From the human T2T-CHM13v2.0 reference genome, Homo sapiens, in the NCBI RefSeq assembly GCF_009914755.1, contig NC_060926.1: a stretch of DNA of 64,000 nucleotides; one strand, written 5' to 3'. The notes beneath the pieces were generated by a model. That model was not told the DNA's origin, did not search any database, and worked only from the letters and a program-made list of their open reading frames with translations. Below, piece after piece: positions 1 to 13,590 of the stretch (its first letter is position 1; each line of letters opens with the position of its first letter). The position numbers and the translations under genes were made by a program.

Positions 1-142
1 TTATTGTGATTGGCTAATCAATCTTCCCATCCTGCCCACAAGAACCTAGAAATGGGGTCATTGACCCTTGGCCCATGTTAGCTATTTTGAGGAGTGGTAA
101 ATAATTAAACAAAGCTGACGTTCTGTTAGAAAGGGAACTGGG

Positions 143-438
143 GGCCAGCTGTGGTGGCTCAAGCCTGTAATCCCAACACTTTGGGAGGCCACGTTGGGAG
201 GATTGTTTCAGGCCAGGAATTGAGACCAGCCTGGGCGACATAGCAAGACCCCATTTCTACAAAAAGTTAGAAAAAATAAGCCAGTATAGTGGCACACACC
301 AGTAGTCCCAGTTACCTAGGAGGGGATACGTGGACATATCACTTGAAAACAGGAGGTAAAGGCTGTAGTGAGCTATGATCGTACCACAGCACTCCAGCCT
401 GGGCAACAGAGCAAGATCCTGTTTCTAAAAAAAAAAAA
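143..438 (+). mobile_element. Alu (AluJ-like)
   Basis: Dimeric Alu with A tail; GGGAGGATTG / AGCTATGATCG J-type diagnostics. Confidence 0.95.
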
Positions 439-519
439 GGAAAAGGAAAAGAAGAAAAGAAAGGGAAGGGAAAATAAATAATGGAAGTTAGAAAGACCAC
501 CAACAGTCTAGCACCATAT

Positions 520-690
520 ATAAGAGAGAATGGCCTTGATTTGAATCCTAAGTTCAATACTTACCAGCTGCGGGAAGAGACTCTGTTTTCTCATCTGTAA
601 AAAAGAGGTAACAGTGTCTACTTGATGTAAGTGCTTATGAGGGTTAAATGAAAATGCATGGTGTCTGATATACAGCAGGTAAATAATTAA
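520..690 (+). mobile_element. MIR SINE
   Basis: TTTGAATCC...TTACCAGCTG...TTTTCTCATCTGTAAAA core. Confidence 0.75.
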
Positions 691-762
691 ATGCATAGTG
701 TCTAACATACAGTAACTGCATAACTAAATGCATAGTATTTGACACATCATAGGCACACAAAT
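652..762. repeat. Degenerate 37-bp tandem repeat, 3 copies
   Basis: AAATGCAT recurs at 652, 689 and 726 with similar downstream sequence. Confidence 0.75.
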
Positions 763-1859
763 ATAGTTCTTTCACCCAGTCTCCTTTAGACACTGAGTTC
801 CTGGGGGGTGAGTGCAGTGCTTGCCGGGCATGGTGCTTGGCACATGGTGGGCCTTTAACAGATACTTATTAAAGGAATAAGGCAAGAGAACATCCCTCTG
901 AATAACTGGAACCTTTTCCTTCTCCCTAATACTAAGGATTATGCAACTGTGTGGCCCATTCTTCCTTTGACACTAGGAACATTTTAGCTAACTGAATTTG
1001 AATTTCAGCTATAACAATTAGTTGGCCTTCCTAGACTACACATCTATGCTCCTCTGTATCTAATCGTGACTCTCTACTCCTAGTTTTCTCAGGCCTAATT
1101 CTCTACTTCTTTGTTTTTGTTTTCCCAGCATCATTTTGTTGTAAGTATCCCTGCTATAAGCCATCTTTGTGGAAAGAGATGGCGCAAAAACAGACGAGTA
1201 GACAAACCAAATGCTTTATAAAAAAGCCATCGAAGACACGTCAAGGAAGCCACTTTCCACCATTTATTAAATAAATTCTTTCCCAGGCCGGTCTGAGTCG
1301 CACCCAGACTTTACATCAGGCTTTGTTCCAGGTGGGTGGGGGTGCCAAAGGGAATACTGCGGCCTGAAAGACATCCAAGGAAAAAGGCTTCTTTTAGAGG
1401 CAAGTCCACATTACACAGTTGGCAATGCTAAGCTGAACGTCCTCCCAGCTTCCAGGGGGAAATGAAAGACATTCCCCCCATAGCTTTGCTTTCAAGCTCT
1501 TACAGCTGGCAGGGCAGGAGAGCCAAGTTCCGCCTTTTCAATGCAGGTTGTCACTTGGGTGCCAGGATCTGCTGATCAATTAGCCAAACATCCAACGTGA
1601 GAAAAAGGCCCAGCACACATCTTTTTGCTTAACTGTCATTAAATGCTCCATTTAACCCCAAAGAACCTGACTTTCTCTTTTTTTCATCTGCTATAGCCCA
1701 AGAACACCATTACTAAAGAATTTTTCTTGAAAAATTACAAAGGGAAGCAAAAGAAAGAAACATGATTTCTGAGCAGACCTCTCCTTCGCAGTTCTGCACC
1801 TGAGGCTCTTTGTTCTTCATGGGATCTGAGGTCTGGGAGGGAACTTGGGGATTCTCGAG

Positions 1860-1973
1860 AGTCACCTCATTGTACAGATTGAGAAGCAGATGCCCTGAGA
1901 GGTACAGTGACTCACCCAAAGTCACACAGCTGGTTAAGGGCAAGGGGAGGGCTAGACCCACATCTCCTGACTT
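1860..1973 (-). mobile_element. MIR SINE
   Basis: CTCATTGTACAGAT...CCCAAAGTCACACAGCTGG reverse core. Confidence 0.75.
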
Positions 1974-2177
1974 TTAATTCACTCACTAAACCACATGCTT
2001 CTCCAGTACCGTACACTTAGCCACAAACTCTTTGAAGAGATTGAATAATTCAAACAGATGACGCCCTTGTAGAAGGACAAAGTGCGGGGCAGCCTCACTT
2101 CTATGTAAACCAACAACCCAAATAGCATAATGAAAGAGCCCAGTTTATTTTTCTTGTCACTCAAATTAAAATCATTT

Positions 2178-2430
2178 ACAGGCAGACATTCCCTAACTCA
2201 CAAATAAGCTGTGTCCTAACAGTGTGTTTGGAATTTGCTATTTAGAACCCAGGATGTGTTTTCTTCCTGGGAAATCACATGATCGAGTGTGGTCAGAACC
2301 CCAGGCCAGGTCACAAAGGGCGACTTAACCAATAAGTAACCACCGTGGAGTCGAAGGAACCCTTCATCATATTGTCTCCATGAAAAAACACATTCCAGGT
2401 TTCAAGTAGGAATAGTGGAAACGCAGCTAT
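2178..2430. mobile_element. Ancient palindromic DNA-transposon remnant (Tigger-like)
   Basis: Starts TA-CAGGCAG and has an imperfect internal inverted repeat, ~2246-2283 vs ~2366-2403. Confidence 0.45.
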
Positions 2431-2514
2431 CCCACCAAGGTCCCAGTGCAAAGATGTCCCTCCCAGGCGCCTGGTGGGGAGCTGGGAGGTTAGGCTAGGT
2501 AAGAGCTAGGAAGC

Positions 2515-2735
2515 CGTGCAGAATGGTGAACTGGACATGCGCTTTGGGTGGAGACAGAACAGGTTTCCACTCCACTACTTAATAGCTGGGCAAGTTCCTT
2601 AACCTCTCTGATCCTCTGAAAAATGAGGATGGCAACAATACCTCACTGGTAAATTATAAGGACAAAAGAAGACAATGTCTGTTAAGAACCTATTTCCGTG
2701 TCTCGCATGTGTCAACAGGCTATCATTTATTATTG
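2515..2735 (+). mobile_element. MIR SINE
   Basis: GGGCAAGTTCCTTAACCTCTCTG...AAAATGAGGATG core. Confidence 0.75.
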
Positions 2736-3939
2736 TGGTTGCTTGGGAGGAGAAGGACGGGCTCTGGTGGTTTGGAGAGCTGGGATGCTCCATTTGAGGA
2801 GGCAGCATCTGGGGTGAGGAAAGGCTCTTGCCATAGCCTGATGGGCAGGGGGCAGTGAGGGGACCCTGGGTTCTTACCCCCCACCCCTGCGCCTTAGGCA
2901 GTAGAAGTGGCAGCAGCTGTGGTTCCACCCCTGTCTGGGAGGAGGCGGCAAGGCCCTGGTGGGGCCCACAGTGGCCACTCCAAGCAGCCTGGTTGTTGAG
3001 AGGGTCGCCCTTGGCAGTGCTGGCTCATAAGCAGCTTCAGCCTTCCCCTGCCCTCTGTCATCATTCCTCCCCATCCCCGGGGGACGTCCCTGGCAGCTCC
3101 CACAGTGCTTCTCGGCCCTTTCAAGTCTCATTTCAGTGACTTAAAATGTCCAAGACAGTGTAACATCAAACTTTAAATTTTGTTAAGTTCAGTCTCCTCC
3201 CACAATCTGAGGCTTGCTCCAGGCTTAGAAGCGGCCTGAGGAGGAGTCGGGGGTCTGTGTTGCTAGTCTCTTCTCTCTCCTGGCTCTACTTCCAGCCCCC
3301 ATTCTCACTAGCTGGGTTTCAGACCATCTGAGGCTAGGCCCAGAGGGAGAAGGGAGGGAGTTGAGCACAGCAGTGTGATCTGGCATGGGTCCTCTGGGTG
3401 TCTGATGCATGGGTGTTAGCTCTGTCCCCAGGCCCATGGCTCCAGAGCCCCTCAAAGCCCCTCACACCTGTCTTGAGGTAGGAAGGAAGTGCCAGAATCT
3501 TCCCCCAGAAATATGGTGCTCACCTGACCCAGTTTGCCTGGGACTAAGGGGTTTCCCGGGATGCAAGACTTCCATTGCTAAAGCCGGGAGAGTCCCAGGC
3601 AAACCAGCAGGAAACAGTCACCTGACCCAAGGGCGGCGGGCACATCATGACACTCAGCTCTCTCCCAAATAACCCTTTTCTCATGACTCTTCGGCCCAAG
3701 TGACCAGTGGGCTAGAGCTGGCAGGCCAGGTTTACACCTTCCTGGCAGGTCCTGCACAGGCAGCCTACCTCATGCTAGTAGGCAGATTCTCGGAATCTTC
3801 TAAATGGTTGTCTCTGGGGCCCCTGCCTAAAGTAAGACTCATCCTCGAATATGGACTAGAGGGATTTGCAGTGCCGTGGAGAATCCTGAGCTGAAAGGTT
3901 CACTGCATGCTTAGGAACATCTCAGCAGGGACTGAGATG

Positions 3940-4165
3940 CTGTACAGTATGGTGTAGGCTGTGGCCTGGGTTGAAATCTTAGTTCAGCCCCTCATTACCT
4001 TGGACTTTGTTACCTTTAACACCCCTGCGTCTCATTTCCTCACATATGAAATGGATGGATGATGGCCCCTACCTCACAGAGTTATCTGCAGCACTATGAG
4101 AATTAACTCATGTCACACATTGCCTGGGACATGGTAACTCCGCAATAGATGTTAACTCCTAGCAA
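3940..4165 (+). mobile_element. MIR SINE
   Basis: TCTCATTTCCTCACATATGAAATGG...CCTACCTCACAGAG core. Confidence 0.7.
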
Positions 4166-4279
4166 CGTTTTTATAGCAAGCCAGGATTGTGTAATAAAGA
4201 CTTGAATATATTTAATAAGTTTCAAATCTACTGCAGGCATATTTTCTTAAGTTATTTTCTTCGTTTTAAAGCACATTGA

Positions 4280-4680
4280 AGAGCCAGTGTTGGCAAAGGC
4301 ACCAGAGACAGGCCATGCACTCATGCTGATGGTGGGAGCGTAAATTTATAGTCTCTCTGGAAGGTCATTTAGCGATAGGTTTCAAAAGCCCTAAAAATGC
4401 TTTTGACCCAGCAATTCCACTTCTAGGAATTTATCCTGAGGAAATAATTGGAAAACTGGCTAAAGATTAATGTGCAAGATGGTTCATTGCAGTATACTTA
4501 AAACAGAAAAACATTTGAAGCTGTCTGAATGTCTTAGACGATCAGAAAAATTTTTGTTCATGCGTATAGTGAAATACTATGCAACTATTAAAAATTATGT
4601 CATGATCTATATTTGTCGACATGGGAGGGTGTTTATGATATATATAGTATACTTATATAGAGAGTGTACATTTTAAAATC
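4280..4680 (+). mobile_element. Old L1 (L1ME-like) 3' fragment
   Basis: TTTGACCCAGCAATTCCACTTCTAGGAATTTATCCTGAGG is a typical L1M ORF2-end/3' motif. Confidence 0.8.
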
Positions 4681-4916
4681 ATGTATATTCCAGGATTTTT
4701 TCTGAGCATGCGATTTAGTATTTAGCTGAGATCAAAATGTATATACAATACTGTATTTTGCTTTTGTTTTGCTTAATGTTATGTAAGAGTCATTTTGTAC
4801 CATATATCAAACCTTCTATAAACTTCAATAGTAATAATATCCATCAAGTTGATGTTCCCAATTTAAATAACCAATCATTTATTGTTGGAGCAACTTATTC
4901 CAAAAATGTTTTAAGA

Positions 4917-5282
<366 letters not shown>

Positions 5283-6753
5283 TTAAAATTAATATATGTA
5301 AATTAAATTACTCAAACTATAGGAATATGCATGTATTTGAGGGGGACATAAATATTTTTAGGGCTTGCAATACATATTGACAAACTGCTTTCCAACAAGT
5401 TATACCAATTTATCCCAAGAATTGATTTGGAAATTGGATGCTTGTCCACTTTTCTCTGCAAAGAAAGAAGATTCCACTGTACATATGATGTCTTCCACAG
5501 ATTTATTGTGCAAACTGAACGGATCACCCTTAGAGTATCTATCTGATCCTCTTGCCCTTATGAAGTCTCACACTTCCTGATGAAACTGTTCACCAAATTG
5601 CCACAGAAATGGAAAGAAAGGGGAAAAAAAGCAAAGAAAAAGGACTCCAGGGTAATGAAACCCCTACACATACTCACCAATAGATCAGTCTATGTGGCAA
5701 AAAAGTAATTTGATTATGCAATATGCAACTCAATACATTTCAGCAATTTTCAAGTGCATTTGAACTGCTCTTGAGAATGCCTTTATTTCAAAATTATTAA
5801 CTATACAAAAATCAAGCGTGTTGAGAAGAAAACATCCTAGTAGAAGTCTCAGACAAAAACTGAAAGATAAAAGACTGGAAGAAGTTACAAAATGTCAAAA
5901 ACTCTTTTGTTCTATCACAACAGAAGCTAAAAAGCCTGATAGACAAAAGCATGAAATTGAGAAGAAGAATCATAATAGCTAAGAAAATATAAATAATAAA
6001 GATGAGAAGAGAGAATAATTATAAAAATCAGATCATGCCAAAGTAGTACTTGATTAAGAGGAAGAGATAAATTTGGAGCATAATTGTTTGAATAACCCAA
6101 TTTAATGAAGGGGAGTGAATCATATGAATATGTTGAAAGAAGGATTTGCAGTCTTGGTGATTTGATCACAAAATACAGACATCGACAACAATAACATGAA
6201 CCCTACTACTAGGATTAGTTACTACTAGGGTTAGTGCCTACTAACATGTAGCCACTACTACAAGGACATCAACCAAAAAGAATAGGAAAAAAATATAGCC
6301 CAAAATGTAGAAAAAAAGCATACTATAGTGATATGTCCAAGTTAACCAATACAAATATTGTTATGCTTCTAGATTCTGCGATGTATGCAGTATTTGTTAG
6401 CTTTTCAGGATGTGCGATTTGTTGTGATTTCTCCTAAATTAATATTCACATTGATGCCTAATTTTGTCTTCATAATTTGATATTCTTTTTCTTACAATGA
6501 ACTCCAGTTCCTATAAGCCTCAGGTTCCCAGAAACCTACATCTGCCCTGCTGTTAACACTGAGTGCCTGTAAATGTTCTTAGAGAAGATTCTAAGTCCAG
6601 CTCAGCTGATCTCCATCATCATACCTGGCATGTTTTATAACAAGAAGGGTTACCACAGCTAAAGTACTCTTGGGAAGGATTATGCAATGCCAGAAAGATT
6701 CTCTCTTCATAAGTCCCATAGGTGAAAGAGGGGTCAATTCACTGAAGCTGTCA

Positions 6754-7080
<327 letters not shown>

Positions 7081-7662
7081 ACAGTCAGATATTTACTGAG
7101 CATCTACTATATATGCCATGAACTGGGGACACAAACAAATGCTAAGATGCTAGTGAGAAAGACAGCTCTGCAAAGAAGCCATCAGTTTGGGAACCACTGC
7201 TACTCAGCTGAGCACACTCTTGAAGCAACTCTCCTTTCACCCACTGTCTTTTCCACCTAGCTCCAGGACCTGCTTCCTTCCCCATCTAAGACATGCCGTC
7301 TTAGGCAGACATCATAGGTCTCTTTAAGTCACAAGAAGAGTAGTTGTATGTCTGTGTCTGATCCAAGTAATAATCAAAATGTTCAATTTCATTTAAAGTT
7401 AAAGCGTCTCGTCTCTGGCTCGGAAGCCTGAAGTGATGGAGATGGTCATCTCCTCCTCCTGTCCCCTCCCTTCTTCCACCTCCCACTCCCTATCCTGATG
7501 AGGCATTGAGGTGGGGGACCAGGATGACAGAGCAGAAATGATCTTACTTGACTGCTTCAGTTGTGAGCTGCCATTGGGGTTTCTAGGGCTGACTTTTCTT
7601 TGGGGTGCTTTTGTGGGTTTCTTGGAGAAGCCACTTGAATTTCTGCTATAAAGCTCCCAACT

Positions 7663-7851
7663 TAGGGTTGCCAGATAAAAATACAGAATGTCCAATTAAA
7701 TTTGAAGTTTAGATAGATAAAAATAAAAAAAGATCTAGTGTATGTCCCAAATATTTCATTTAACATATACTAAAAACATACATGTTGTTTACCTGACATT
7801 CAAATTTAAACGAGTATCTTGTATATTTATTTGTAAAATCTGGCAACCCTA
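7663..7851. mobile_element. MER53-like hAT MITE
   Basis: TIRs TAGGGTTGCCAGA / TCTGGCAACCCTA; 8-bp TSD TCCCAACT / TCTCAACT. Confidence 0.85.
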
Positions 7852-8569
7852 TCTCAACTACACTTTTCATTATGAGGTTGGGATGTGTGTAGTTGTGGGG
7901 CAGGGTCTCAGCAGCCCTTGGGTCTCTGGTTTTCCAGTGGCCCACATCTCTGTTGGGTCCCTTTGCCCTTCCAGGCAGCCCACTTGGGTGGAGTCCTATT
8001 CAAAAGGGCCCCCATCTGGTCCCTGGGAGCCACACACCTTCACCCCACTGCCCTCTGGGGCAGGGCACCACTGGCCACGGCAGCCCTGACTTCTCAGACC
8101 AGTCCTCACGTTTCCCCAAACACTGAAAGGTGTGGGGAGAGCTCTCCGTGCAACCCTTGTCACTTCCTTGAGGTGAGGGGAAGCACTTGCTGCCCCACCC
8201 CATGGAAGGGCAACAGGGGTGGTGGGAACACACAGCCCTCAGCCCACCCTCTTCAAGGAAACCCTCCCTGATGCCTCGATCTGAGGCTGGAAGTGCGCGA
8301 AGGGCTGACAAAGGAAGTTTTCCACTCACCAAGCTTGTCCTGGGCAGGGTCTCAGCACTGTGCGGATGTGCGGCTCCTTGCACTATTTTGTTCTGCCTTT
8401 GAGGCCTCTGCTGAAATGTCTAGATAACAGGAAAAGTCCCTTTTACCATCCAGTTATACTCCCTTGTTACGAGTGAAGTCCAAATGGGGCACAAGGGAGC
8501 AGGAAGAAGAGTTTATTTGGCTGGGCCTAGGGGTAATCAGGAAGGGGTGCAGCGAAGAGGAGCCGCCCC

Positions 8570-8725
8570 TCACTCCGTGCTGCACAGACAACATGCTTAT
8601 GAATCTCCAGGGATCACGTTAAACAGCAGATTTGGCTTCAGTAGGTTTGGGGTGGGGCCTGAGATCCTGCATCTCCTACAGCTCTCAGGTGATGTCCTCA
8701 GATGCACTTTGAGCACAGAGGGGCT
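8570..8725. mobile_element. MER5-family hAT-Charlie element
   Basis: TCAGTAGGTTTGGGGTGGGGCCTGAGATCCTGCAT...CAGGTGATG motif. Confidence 0.7.
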
Positions 8726-9280
8726 AGAGGGCTGTGTAGGAGGGGCTGCTAGGCCCTCGGGGGAGGTGGGAAGGAAGGGGCATTGCAGGCCAGGGAACAG
8801 CAAATGAAATGCAGAGGAAGACCTCAGGTCTGGTAACACTGCCTCCGCAGGTTCCAGTATGCGGTCAGAGGCTAAGAGGGCCACCCACACTCGTGGGAGG
8901 GGAATGGGGGAGCTGGCAGTAGATGAAGTTCCAGGGGGGTCCTGACTGTGCGTGAAAAAGCTGGAACAGGAAAAGCAAGCTGAGTGGGTTCCACTGGCGT
9001 CAGCTCTTGTAAAAACACTTGACGAGCTAGCCTACATAGTTGTATTTCACAAAGCCATGTGAACATTAATTACTCAGGGCATCTGATGGCTCGACCACAG
9101 AGTGCGTGTGATGGACACATTCAAGTCCTGCTTTGCACAATGCCCAGCTGGCACTGGCAACAGCTGTAGTTCACATGACTGTCTCCTGATGTGCACAGGT
9201 GGTATGAGTCACCTGGAAAAGGTTTACTGCCTCAGTGTAACATCTGCAGAGGGTCAGCAAATCACATGGCCTAATCTGCC

Positions 9281-10164
<884 letters not shown>

Positions 10165-11270
10165 CCCTGCCCAGAATGACTTCCTCCTTTCCTGTCGGAC
10201 GAAGGCTCAGGCCTTCTGCTGAAAGCTCGCTCCCCTAAGTAGTCACACCCAATGCCGAATACTCCCCAGAAGCAGCTGCTATTTTCTGAGGACAATGAGT
10301 TGCTTGTAAGCCTGAGAACAGGACGAAAACCCACTTTGCAAGCAGCCCTGCGTGTGACGGGCATGCCCTCGGAGGGCAGGTTGGTTTTGCTATCTGCTTT
10401 CTGTCCTGCCTTTTTCCCCCCATGGGTCCTGTCTGGCTCTTTTGCTTTCTCACTTTGTGCAGAAAGCCATCTCAACTCTTCTCACAGGAGAATAGCTGTA
10501 TGGACGTAGCAGGGGGAGTTACCACATGCCTACCTCCATGGTTTTCGAGAGGGGCCCCTGCCCAAATGTCTCAGTGGCCACCTTCATCAGACCATGGAGC
10601 AGTCAGAGCGGGAAGGGATTCTAGAGTTGGTCCAGTCCAACCATCTCATCTTACATGTGAAGGAGGAAAGGAAGAAAGGGAGAAAAATAAGAAAGCTGAG
10701 GTCAACCCTCCTACAGGGATGGGCCTGGCCAACAGGATCCCAAGGGATGACATAACATTGAAATTAAGAAACCAAGGAAAGTTGAGAACTAAAGAAAACA
10801 GAACCCAGTCAGCCAAGAGGCATCCTTGAGGGCCAACCAAGCCGTCAAACCTGGATGCCCCCGACGAGTCAGAAAGTCGGGTGCCTCAAGAGCCAAGCAG
10901 CCAAGAAATGGGGTCTGGAACTGGCACTTTGGTCCGCCTCTGTGCACTCACCCAGAAAGGGTGGAAGGGACCCTGGGACCAAGTGCCAAGGTCACACAAC
11001 GGATGAATAGAGCTGCTGGACTTCAAACTGAACCATGCCATTTTGCCAAAGCAGTCATCACCTTCCGTGAATCATAAATGTTTGTTCAAAGCCACAAATG
11101 TATATACTCTTTGTATGTATACAGATTTTTTCTAAAGGTTAACATCTAAACAGATCAATTAAGGTCAGCCTTAATTTGTCTGAGCTTTTTGGTTAAAGTT
11201 TCCTGAGTAATTGAGCGAATTCAAGTTTCTGGCTTTCTCCTTTCTCTTTCTCCATTTAAAACATGATCTC

Positions 11271-11615
11271 ATGAAATTTTTGTCCCAAGAAAGGCAGGAT
11301 TACATTTTCTTTTAACAGTTTGAGTTGGTGTAGTGTATTCTTGGTTATCAGAATACTCATATAGCTTTGGGATTTTGAATTGGTAAATATTCATGATGTG
11401 TGAAAAATCATGATACATACTGTACAATCTCAGTGCCATAAAATTGGATGTTGTGCCTACACACGCACAGGACCTAGAAGAGCATGTCAAACTATAAACT
11501 GCCTGTGATTGTGAATGACTTTGTTCTTTGCTTCTTGCGTTTTTCAGTTTCCTATAATGCACATCTTAACTTTTAAAAAATAAAGGTTATTTTAAAAGCC
11601 AAAAAAAAAAAAAAA
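11271..11615 (+). pseudogene. 5'-truncated processed retrocopy (3' UTR fragment with poly(A))
   Basis: AATAAA at 11579-11584 and A15 at 11601-11615. Imperfect TSD AAAACATGATCTC (11258-11270) / AAAAAAAGATCTC (11609-11621) at a TTT|AAAA L1 endonuclease site. The body is not Alu or L1. Confidence 0.7.
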
Positions 11616-12399
11616 GATCTCTAACCTGTTGGCTGGTTAAAATTTGAGAAAATTAGACAAATGCTTACTTTTCCCTTTTTGGCTGACAAACAAAAGCCCA
11701 GTGAGGTATCCTCATCTGTAGAGATTTATGTCCTTTGTGGGGGGCCTGCTTCTCCCTCAAGATAGAGTAAAAAAAAAAAATCAGTGGTGTCACTTGGGCT
11801 CAAAAGGACAGAAGACTTGACACTGGAGTTTGAGGGTCCCAGAGGGGCTCAGCCACATAGACCTTCCTGCCCCACCCTTCCTACCACAGCCCTTTTTAGG
11901 AGCTGCCCCTACCCCCACAAGACTGTCCTTTGTTGCTGAACTATTAATTACTTAAATAGTCATTGATCACCTACCCTCTGCTAGGCCCAGGAGTCCTGTG
12001 AGATGGGCTCTTCCCTTAGTCCTCATTCCCACTGGCTATTGACACCATCCCCCGCTACACCCCCAATTCTACTATCCCCTTCCAGCCCGACACAGGACTT
12101 GCCTCTCTGAGCCTCTGACCTCTGCTTTCTCCCAGCATCTATTTTGGTTCTTCCTCCTTGGCTCAGTAAGTACATGGACAATCCCAGACCAGCCTTAAAG
12201 GCAGCCACACCCCATGTTGGCCTCAGCCTCAGGGGCAGGGGAGGATCCTGGCCTACAAATCATGCACTCAGAGCTACAGTCCAGTCTCTGCAAGGACTGG
12301 CAGCAGACGGCGCTCACCCTGGGAGACCGAGTCCAGACACCTGTTCCCTGGCACAGCAGAAGCCCTCCACCCAGGCCCTGGAATGACAGCCCTGACTGA

Positions 12400-12433
12400 T
12401 CTCCTGAAAGTGAGCTCTCCTGAAAGTGAGCTC
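12400..12433. repeat. Perfect 16-bp tandem duplication
   Basis: CTCCTGAAAGTGAGCT at 12401 and 12417. Confidence 0.9.
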
Positions 12434-13444
12434 AGGCTGTCCATCTTCCCTGAAGTCCAGTCCATCCCTTGCAAAGCCAGTTTCCGCTGTCCCATCATGA
12501 TTAATGCTGAAGCTCTCTTTCCAACCTTTGAAATGCCTTTTCATGCCATGCATTTAGAGAAAGGGCTCTGCCATCTGCAGAGGACCTGTGCGGAAATGTG
12601 GGGAAATGACCGTGTGTTTATTTATGTCATCCATTGTTAGCTAAGAATATCCAGGTGTTCTAATAATGGAGGTACCAAGAAAGGAAACAGTGTTGGATGG
12701 TGGGAAGGACGCTGGGCTCGGGGCAGGAAAACAAGTCCCACAGCCCAAGCTGAGTGACCTTCAGCAAGTTTTTGTTCTTTAGCCTCAGTTTCTTCCTCTG
12801 CAGAAAAAAAAAAAAAATGAGTCTACAGTACTTGCTATGCTGACCTCAAAGGGATATAACAAGAATCCAATGAAAGGATGTATGTGCATCCCAAATTTGC
12901 TCAGGCCCAGCACCAGAGGGACAAATGAATCCACATTAACAGATGTCACTGGGGCCTCCCACCTGCTGACACAGGCCTCCAGCACTTCCCCATAGAAGTT
13001 TCACTGAAATATTTTTCAGAGTGCCTAGGTGTGTCTCAGGAGGACCCCATGCAACCTTCTTTCTCGGTTCACTGCCTGAGAAGACTCTCCCTATAGCCAC
13101 TATGTCCCAAGCAGGGGCTGAATCTCAGGGCTCTCAAAGCTGCAAAAGACAAGAGGTGTCAAAATGGTCTGTCCCCTCTCGGAATGCACCCCCACCTCCT
13201 GGCAGAGGGACACCTGGAGGCTGGGACATGCTCGGGAATGTCCACGCTGCAGGTTAGTTCAGGAGAACATCCCTACGCAGAGGGCAGGGCCCAGGCTGAG
13301 GGGTTTATTCAGGTTGCCACTGGATCCACCCAGCTGCCTGGAGACAGGGATTGTCCTCATTTGACCAAGTCACACAGCTAGTAGTAGTAGGTGGTGGAAC
13401 CCTGTGGTGGACATTGGTCATTCTGGCTGCTTAGCATCTAGGTA

Positions 13445-13590
13445 TACTTATTCTATGCTTTCTTGCAGAAGTTGTGCAGTTTTCAATCTTATATTTAGGT
13501 CTATGGTCCAACCTGAGTTAATCTTTGTATATGATGTCAGGTTAGCATCAAGGTTCTTTTTCTTTGTATTGGATGTCCACTTGTGGATAT
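13445..13590 (-). mobile_element. Old L1 ORF2 fragment, apparently inside a degenerate LTR (~13403-13975)
   Basis: ATATTTAGGTCTATGGTCCAACCTGAGTTAATCTTTGTATATGATGT is an antisense L1 motif. Confidence 0.6.

Noticed and set aside
6204-6260. TACTACTAGG(A/G)TTAGT short repeats with telomere-like TAGGGTTAG
   Set aside because: Two 16-bp units only; not an interstitial telomeric array.
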